From: Desulfosoma sp.
Lineage (GTDB): Bacteria; Desulfobacterota; Syntrophobacteria; Syntrophobacterales; DSM-9756
Length of the DNA: 64,000 nt
Assembly: GCA_037481835.1 (NCBI GenBank)
Contig: JBBFKW010000003.1
Location: forward strand, 160,001-224,000
Direction of reading: 5' to 3'
Under the pieces are notes generated by a model. The model did not search any database and had not been told where the DNA came from. It was given only the letters and a program-made list of their open reading frames with translations. Numbering within the stretch: position 1 is the stretch's first letter; the number at the start of each line of letters is the position of its first letter. The position numbers and the translations under genes were made by a program. Shown in pieces: positions 58,149 to 64,000 of this stretch.

Positions 58149-59303
58149 TCAGCAGTTGCGTTCGGCCAAGAAGCGTTCCAGCCGATCCATGCCTTCGGCG
58201 ATGTTTTCCATGGAATTGGCGTAACTGAAGCGCAGATACCCTTCACCCCGGGGGCCGAAATCCACGCCGGGAGTGACCCCCACGCGGGCCTTTTCCAGGA
58301 TTTCAAAGGCCAATTCCAGGGAGTTCCCAGAAAATTTCTTGGCGTTGGCAAAAACGTAGAAGGCTCCGGTGGGTTCCACGGCGATCCCGAAGCCCATTTC
58401 TCGAAGCCTTCGGATCATGAACCGGCGCCGTGCGTCATAGGTGCGCACCATGCGCGCCACGTCCTCCTGCACTTCGGGAACGGTCAACGCCGCCAGGCCA
58501 GCCCACTGGGAAACGGAATTGGCGGAAATGAAAAAATTCTGCATGAGGGCTTGCATGGGACGTACCAGATCCTTGGGCACGATGAGGTAGCCCAGCCTAA
58601 AGCCCGTCATGGCAAAAAGCTTTGAAAAGCCGTTAAAGACGATGGCCTTTCGGGTAAATTCCAGGATGGAATGGGCGCGGCCTTCGTAGACCAGCCCATG
58701 ATAGATTTCGTCGCTCAGGATCCACAGGCCCAAGTCGGCCAGGGCCTGGAGTCGATCCCCATCCATGAGCGTCCCCGTGGGGTTGGACGGAGAGTTGATG
58801 AGCACGGCCCGTGTCTTGGGCCCCACCGCCTGACGGACCGCATCGGGGCGCAGCTGGAACCCGTCTTCCTCTTCCACGGGAACCGTCTTGGGCACCCCGT
58901 CAAGGAATTGCACGAAGCTGGGGTAGCAGGCATAGTGGGGATCCGACAGGATCACTTCCTCCCCGCAGTCCATGACGGTGCTCAACGCAATGAGAAACGC
59001 CGGGGAAGAGCCCGAGGTGATGAGGACCTGATCCGGTTCCAGGTCGGTCACCCCGTAGGTGCGCGCGTAATAGGCGCACACCGCTTCCCGAAGCTGAGGG
59101 AGCCCCAAGCTGTGGGTGTAGTGGGTTTCCCCGCGCCTGAGGGCGTCCATGGCGGCATCGAGCACGGCTTGAGGAGCGTCGAAATCGGGTTCCCCCACTT
59201 CCAGGTGGATGACCGATTCCCCGCGACGCTCCATGGCCTGTGCCTTTTCCAAAACGTCCATGACCAAGAAGGGCTTCACGTCGCGCACACGGCGGCAGAT
59301 CAT
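58149..59303 (-). CDS. PLP-dependent class I/II aminotransferase
   Basis: GEPDF, NSPSNPTG, SDEIYHGL and GFSKLFAMTGFRLGY. Confidence 0.93.
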   Translation of the reverse strand: MICRRVRDVKPFLVMDVLEKAQAMERRGESVIHLEVGEPDFDAPQAVLDAAMDALRRGETHYTHSLGLPQLREAVCAYYARTYGVTDLEPDQVLITSGSSPAFLIALSTVMDCGEEVILSDPHYACYPSFVQFLDGVPKTVPVEEEDGFQLRPDAVRQAVGPKTRAVLINSPSNPTGTLMDGDRLQALADLGLWILSDEIYHGLVYEGRAHSILEFTRKAIVFNGFSKLFAMTGFRLGYLIVPKDLVRPMQALMQNFFISANSVSQWAGLAALTVPEVQEDVARMVRTYDARRRFMIRRLREMGFGIAVEPTGAFYVFANAKKFSGNSLELAFEILEKARVGVTPGVDFGPRGEGYLRFSYANSMENIAEGMDRLERFLAERNC

Positions 59304-60133
59304 TGGCTCAGTCCCTCGATTCCCATTTTACGAAGATATACGGACGCCGCATCGGCCAGCGGCGAACCCGGCGCAAGACGCATCACCTGGCGGAAGGCGG
59401 TGACGGCCTCTTCGGTGCGGCCTTCGGCGGCGCAGGTGCGCCCGTAGTGAAATTGGGCGTCCGCAAGGTTGGGCCCGTGAATCACGGCAGCCTTGAAGGC
59501 GCGGCGCGCTTCGGCCTGCCGGCCGAGGGCTTCGAGAGCCCTTCCGCGGTAGAGATGGGCTTCCGCATAGGAGTCCTTGAAATGCAAGGCGTCGTCGAAA
59601 TAACGCAAAGCGTCTTCATATCGGCCTCGATCGGCCATGATCCTGCCCAGGTTAAACAGGGGCTTTTCCGGCGTGCGGTAGAACGGGTTGGCCAGAGCCT
59701 TCTGGAAATGGTCCGCTGCCTGATCGGTGTTTCCTTGTTCCGCGTAAAAGACGCCCAAGGCGTTGTGCGCCTCCGAATAGTCCGGCTTGAGTTCCAATGC
59801 CTTTTGGAAGTGTTCCAGGGCTTTGTCGGGCAGGCGGCGCGCCGCATAGGCCAGGGCCAGACTGTAGTGGATGCGCGGGTCCTTGCTGTCTTTGCGTTCG
59901 GCGGCCACCAGGTACTGCAGGGCCTGTCCCGTATCGCCGGCCGCCAGGAACTTGTCCCCAAGGGCCCGAAGCTCATCGGCGCTCATCCAGGCCGTCGGGT
60001 CTCCTTCCGGTGAGGGCTGCGGAACGCATGAGGCTATGCCCAGGACAAGGAGCAGGGCGCCGAGGCGGCACAGCTTCCACCAGGCACCGCGTGATCCGCC
60101 GTTTTTCCATCCGGTCCGCCCCTGTCGCTTCAT
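59300..60133 (-). CDS. TPR lipoprotein (PilF/Tgl-like pilotin)
   Basis: Lipobox IASC and multiple TPRs, including ALANPFYRTPE...NLG typical of PilF/Tgl. Confidence 0.75.
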   Translation of the reverse strand: MKRQGRTGWKNGGSRGAWWKLCRLGALLLVLGIASCVPQPSPEGDPTAWMSADELRALGDKFLAAGDTGQALQYLVAAERKDSKDPRIHYSLALAYAARRLPDKALEHFQKALELKPDYSEAHNALGVFYAEQGNTDQAADHFQKALANPFYRTPEKPLFNLGRIMADRGRYEDALRYFDDALHFKDSYAEAHLYRGRALEALGRQAEARRAFKAAVIHGPNLADAQFHYGRTCAAEGRTEEAVTAFRQVMRLAPGSPLADAASVYLRKMGIEGLSQ

Positions 60134-60157
60134 AGGTTCTCCGGTTTGAGGCCCCGT

Positions 60158-61030
60158 TCAGATGACCTTGTTCAGACTGTACTCGATGATCCCTTCGGCC
60201 CCGCGCTTGATGAGCTGCGGGACCAATTCGCGCACGGTATGCTTGCTCACCACGACTTCCACGCTGAGCCAGTCCGATTGGTAGAGATGGGCTGTCGTCG
60301 GCGACGTGAGGCTCGGCAAAATTTGGATGACGTCGTTGAGCTTGTCCTTTGGGACGTTCATCTTGAGGCCCACCAAGTCCTCGGCTCTAAGCGCGGCCTG
60401 AAGGAGGAGGGCGATCTGTTCGATCTTTTCCCGTTTCCAAGGGTCTTCCCAGGCGTCCTTGTTGGCGATGAGCTGCGTGTTGGTGAGCATGAGTTCCTTG
60501 ACGATCCGAAGGCCGTTGGCGCGCATGGTGGCCCCCGTCTCTGTCACCTCCACGATGGCGTCGCACAGCCCGGCGATGACCTTGGCCTCCGTGGCCCCCC
60601 AGGAAAATTCCACATCCACCTGGACGCCGGCCTGGGCGAAATAGCGCCGAGTGAAATTCACCAGTTCGGTGGCGATCTTCTTTCCATTGAGATCCTTAAC
60701 GTCCTTGACCGGCGAATCGTAAGGGACGGCCAAAACCCACCGGGCGGGCCGCTGACTCACCTTGGAATAGATGAGGTCGGCCACCACGTGGACCTGTGAA
60801 TCGTTTTCCAGGATCCAGTCCTTGCCCGTCAGGCCTGCGTCGAAGGTGCCGTTTTCCACGTAACGGCTCATTTCCTGAGCCCGACAGATGGCGCATTGGA
60901 TTTCAGGGTCGTTGATTTCGGGAAAATAGTTGCGGTTGGTCAGCGATATCTTCCAGCCGGATTTCCGGAACAGTTCGATGGTCGCTTCCTGGAGACTGCC
61001 CTTGGGAATGCCGAGAATGAGCTGCTTCAC
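60158..61030 (-). CDS. hisG: ATP phosphoribosyltransferase (long form)
   Basis: [38 protein letters not shown], and the C-terminal regulatory domain. Confidence 0.96.
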   Translation of the reverse strand: MKQLILGIPKGSLQEATIELFRKSGWKISLTNRNYFPEINDPEIQCAICRAQEMSRYVENGTFDAGLTGKDWILENDSQVHVVADLIYSKVSQRPARWVLAVPYDSPVKDVKDLNGKKIATELVNFTRRYFAQAGVQVDVEFSWGATEAKVIAGLCDAIVEVTETGATMRANGLRIVKELMLTNTQLIANKDAWEDPWKREKIEQIALLLQAALRAEDLVGLKMNVPKDKLNDVIQILPSLTSPTTAHLYQSDWLSVEVVVSKHTVRELVPQLIKRGAEGIIEYSLNKVI

Positions 61031-61407
61031 GCTTTGTAGACCTCCTTGGGATCGAAGACTCGTTGTTCCGTAACGACAAAAGCGCCGTCATGGAGGCGGC
61101 GGAAAAAGCACGAGGCGTAGCCTTCGTGGCAGGCGGCGCCACCCGCCTGTTCCACCACGATCAAAAGGGTGTCGGCGTCGCAGTCCATGTAGATGTCCCG
61201 CACTCTTTGCACATGGCCGGACGTTTCCCCCTTGAGCCAGATTTTCTTCCGGGACCGGCTCCAATAATGGGCCAGCCCCGTTTCCACGGTTTTCGCCCAG
61301 GCATCCTCGTTCATATAGGCCAGCATGAGCACACGCTGGCTCGCGGCGTCCTGAACGATGACGGGAAGCAGTCCGTTCCCTTTAGCGAAATCGGGTTTAT
61401 CCGTCAA
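61027..61407 (-). CDS. hisI: Phosphoribosyl-AMP cyclohydrolase
   Basis: [13 protein letters not shown]...[13 protein letters not shown] and [10 protein letters not shown]. Confidence 0.96.
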   Translation of the reverse strand: MTDKPDFAKGNGLLPVIVQDAASQRVLMLAYMNEDAWAKTVETGLAHYWSRSRKKIWLKGETSGHVQRVRDIYMDCDADTLLIVVEQAGGAACHEGYASCFFRRLHDGAFVVTEQRVFDPKEVYKA

Positions 61408-61456
61408 CGCCGTCTCCTTCGTGGGTTGGTGGGAAAAGAGCCCCTGTTGGGGGCCG

Positions 61457-61567
61457 ATGTGTTGGGTTGAGCGAAGCGAACCCCAACTTACGACTCATCC
61501 CAAGCGACATCCCTCAACAAACGCGTCAACAAACGCGTAGGTTGGGGTGAGCGAAGCGAACCCCAAC
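61457..61567 (+). repeat. Two REP(+) copies (61457-61487, 61537-61567) with a 12-bp tandem duplication between them
   Basis: GTTGGG(G/T)TGAGCGAAGCGAACCCCAAC twice; TCAACAAACGCG x2 at 61514-61537. Confidence 0.85.
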
Positions 61568-61634
61568 GTGTCTTCGGCTCCGGCGAGCCAACCCATTATG
61601 CAACTTGGAGGTTTTGTCATGCCGAGTTCGACTG

Positions 61635-62105
61635 TCGCACCAAGTGGCATTGGTCCAAGCGCGGGCCGGAGAACTTGCGGCCCGGGATTTTTAGGTGTTG
61701 GGGTTCGCTACGCTCGTCCCAACGGACATCTCTCGCGGCCGGGGGGCCTTCATGTTGGGGTTCGCTGCGCTCACCCCAACCTACATCTCTTTCGCACCAA
61801 ATGGCATTGGTCTAAGCGCGGGCCGGAGAACTCGCGGCCCGGGATCTTTCGGTGTTGGGGTTCGCTACGCTCGTCCCAACGGACATCTCTCGAGGCCAGG
61901 GGGCCTTAATGTTGGGGTTCGCGGCGCTCACCCCAACCGACATCTCTTTCGCACCAAGTGGCATTGGTCCAAGCCCGGGCCGGAGAACTTGCGGCCCGGG
62001 ATCTTTCGGTGTTGGGGTTCGCTACGCTCACCCCAACCTACATCTCTACATCTATCGCGGCCGGGGGCCTTCATGTTGGGGTTCGCTGCGCTCACCCCAA
62101 CCTAC
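61635..62105 (-). repeat. BIME-like array: three 157-bp units containing six co-oriented REPs
   Basis: Unit starts TCGCACCAA at 61635, 61792 and 61949. REPs at 61697, 61754, 61854, 61911, 62011 and 62075. Spacers are 26/69/26/69/33 bp. Confidence 0.92.
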
Positions 62106-62220
62106 GGGTCTAGGGCTCACCGCGAGCACGGCTACGGCGGCATCGGCCACTCGACGGGCCGGAAACCCCCATGGCCTTCGACCCCCCGCAGCCTTTCGCG
62201 CCCATGGGGCCGGCACGGCC

Positions 62221-63261
62221 TCAGGAAGATACCATTCGGGCAGCCAGCTGTCCACACGCGGCGCGGATATCGGCCCCACGGCTCTGGCGGATCGTCGCGG
62301 TCAGATGGGCCTGTTGGAGGATGTCCTGGAAGGCCAGGACCCGTTCTTCGGACGGCCGCTCGAAGGGCAGATCCGGGTGCGGGTTGAAAGGGATGAGGTT
62401 GACCTTGCAACGCACGGAGGACAAGAGCCGCACCAGCCGGCGGGCGTCTTCCGCCCGGTCGTTCACTTCCTTGAGGAGGATGTATTCGAAGGTGATCCTC
62501 TTGCGGGACGGCATGGGATAGGCCCGGCAGGCGTCCATGAGGGCTGCCAGGGGGTATTTTTGGTTGATGGGCATGAGGCGGCTTCGCGTCTCATCGTCGG
62601 CCGCGTGCAGGCTGACGGCAAGGTTCACCGGGCTTTCCCGGCCCAGCCTGGCCATCTGGGGCACCAAGCCGACGGTGGAGACCGTAACGCGCCGGTGGGA
62701 AAAGCCGAACCCGGCGGGGTCCATGAGGATCCGCAGGGCTCGAAGCAGGGCTTCTTCGTTGGCCAGGGGTTCGCCCATGCCCATAAAGACGATGTTGGTA
62801 ATGCGCCGATCCGGCCCGACGGCCTGCTGCATGTGCACGAGCTGATCGACAATTTCCGCCGTCGAAAGGTTGCGTTTGAAGCCCATGGTGCCCGTAAGGC
62901 AAAACCGGCAGCCCAAGGCGCACCCCACCTGGCTCGATAGGCACGCCGTAAGCCGAGGCGGCTCGGGGATGAGCACACTTTCGATGGGTTGTCCGTCGGT
63001 GAGGCGGAACAAGAACTTGCGGGTGCCGTCCGTGGCGTCTTCCGTTTGGACCGTCTCCACGGCGTTCAGCCGAGTGCCGTATTCCAGCTGGGTGCGGAAT
63101 GCTTTGGAAAGATCGGAGCATTCGTCCCAGGAACGGATCAGGCGGTTGTAGAGGTGGCGAAAGATCTGCCGGGCTCGAAACGACCGCTCCCCGATGCCCT
63201 GGACCCAGGTTTCCAAGGCGTCCAGAGGAAAATCCTTGATGAAGATGCGTTCCATGGTCAT
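62221..63261 (-). CDS. rlmN: 23S rRNA (adenine(2503)-C2)-methyltransferase
   Basis: CLSSQVGCALGCRFC radical SAM motif, VFMGMGEP, SLHA, TFEY, NLIPFN and AACGQL. Confidence 0.97.
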   Translation of the reverse strand: MTMERIFIKDFPLDALETWVQGIGERSFRARQIFRHLYNRLIRSWDECSDLSKAFRTQLEYGTRLNAVETVQTEDATDGTRKFLFRLTDGQPIESVLIPEPPRLTACLSSQVGCALGCRFCLTGTMGFKRNLSTAEIVDQLVHMQQAVGPDRRITNIVFMGMGEPLANEEALLRALRILMDPAGFGFSHRRVTVSTVGLVPQMARLGRESPVNLAVSLHAADDETRSRLMPINQKYPLAALMDACRAYPMPSRKRITFEYILLKEVNDRAEDARRLVRLLSSVRCKVNLIPFNPHPDLPFERPSEERVLAFQDILQQAHLTATIRQSRGADIRAACGQLAARMVSS

Positions 63262-63268
63262 GCCCGTC

Positions 63269-64000
63269 TCAGGCCTTTCTGACGTCGTAGCGATCGACGG
63301 TTCGATCCTGCAGAAACACCCGATCGTAAGAGCGCAAATTCACCGCATCGAACCATTCGTAGCCCAGGGCCACACAGTCCGGGCACGCCTTTCGAGGGAT
63401 ATGCACGGCGTAGATGTGGTAGCCTCGATCGGTCAAAGAATCGATGGCCAAAACGCCGGGGCACACGGGACAGACCCGCAGGCGTTCTTTCTGGTTTTCC
63501 AGGATGTTGTCCGTATCGTAGTAGATGGTGCGTTCCCGCTGGGCGAATTCCTTGGTCGCTCGGTTTTTGGCGATGAATTCGGGGCATCGGCGAAAATAGC
63601 CCATGATTTCTTCGGCCATGCGGTCGATGTAGGCGTTGGTGTCCGACGATTGCCGGATGCGGTCCGGGTCGTAGTCCGGTTCCTTGACCTTGCTGTAGTC
63701 CACGCCGGCAAGAGCCAGGATGATCCCCACGTTGACGTAGGGCAGAGCCCCTTCGATGGAGTAGCCCCCTTCCAGCACGGCGATGTGCGGGCGCAGCATG
63801 CTCGTCAGCGTGGCGTAGCCTTGGGCGGAAAAATTCATGTTGGTGATGGGATCGGTGTAATGATTGTCCTGTCCCGCGGAATTGACGATGAGTTCAGGCC
63901 GGAATTCTTCCAGGATGGGCAGGACGATCTTTTCCATGGCCCGAAGAAAGCCTTCTTCCGACGTTCTCGGCGGCAGGGGAATGTTGATGGTCGCCCCCAT
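63269..64000 (-). CDS. Histone deacetylase family protein (3' part; 5' end outside the window)
   Basis: NIPLPP, NSAGQDNHYTDP and VLEGGY; C-terminal extension with CPVC and CPDC. Confidence 0.88.
   Translation of the reverse strand: MGATINIPLPPRTSEEGFLRAMEKIVLPILEEFRPELIVNSAGQDNHYTDPITNMNFSAQGYATLTSMLRPHIAVLEGGYSIEGALPYVNVGIILALAGVDYSKVKEPDYDPDRIRQSSDTNAYIDRMAEEIMGYFRRCPEFIAKNRATKEFAQRERTIYYDTDNILENQKERLRVCPVCPGVLAIDSLTDRGYHIYAVHIPRKACPDCVALGYEWFDAVNLRSYDRVFLQDRTVDRYDVRKA

Noticed and set aside
61635..62105. CRISPR array (31-bp palindromic direct repeats)
   Set aside because: Spacers are repeated copies of two sequences of very unequal length (26/69 bp), the same repeat is dispersed singly in both orientations across the window, and there are no cas genes.
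61547..62940. ORFs with recurring peptides such as MLGFAALTPTY, VGWGERSEPQ and MSEANPN (also at 20-660, 2549-3013, 4081-4545, 11591-11984, 32051-32542)
   Set aside because: These are translations of the REP element in different frames, not protein families.

Overview
GC-rich chromosomal segment, most likely from a sulfate-reducing Desulfobacterota bacterium (Syntrophobacterales-like; inferred from the tetraheme cytochrome c3/Tmc-type genes and overall gene content). It holds about 55 mostly housekeeping CDSs: DUF2760/Hsp70-like start, lpxK, a BMP-type ABC transporter, hflKC, lptFG, dgt, valS, rfbCD, pabABC-like genes, a Tmc-like redox cluster, ndk, tol-pal-cpoB, tamA/tamB-like, trxB/AhpF-like, engB, hisGI and rlmN. 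There is also one tRNA-Ala(CGC), followed by a decayed Phd/VapC toxin-antitoxin pair. Two signals stand out. (1) A 367-aa, ~32% D/E, Pro-rich, probably disordered protein with a PopZ-like C-terminal helix lies directly upstream of valS; it is a candidate polar-organizing/condensate scaffold outside Alphaproteobacteria. (2) A GTAG-type REP repeat family has 21 copies here, arranged as singlets, doublets, two independent 'double-ended REP + duplicated spacer' triplets, a 126-bp tandem unit and a 157-bp BIME-like array, with shared flanking modules. No RAYT transposase or cas gene is in the window. Smaller signals: a homopolymer frameshift in pcm, IS256- and ISAs1-like relics, and a candidate attenuator before pabA. 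All calls come from reading motifs by eye; no database searches were run.
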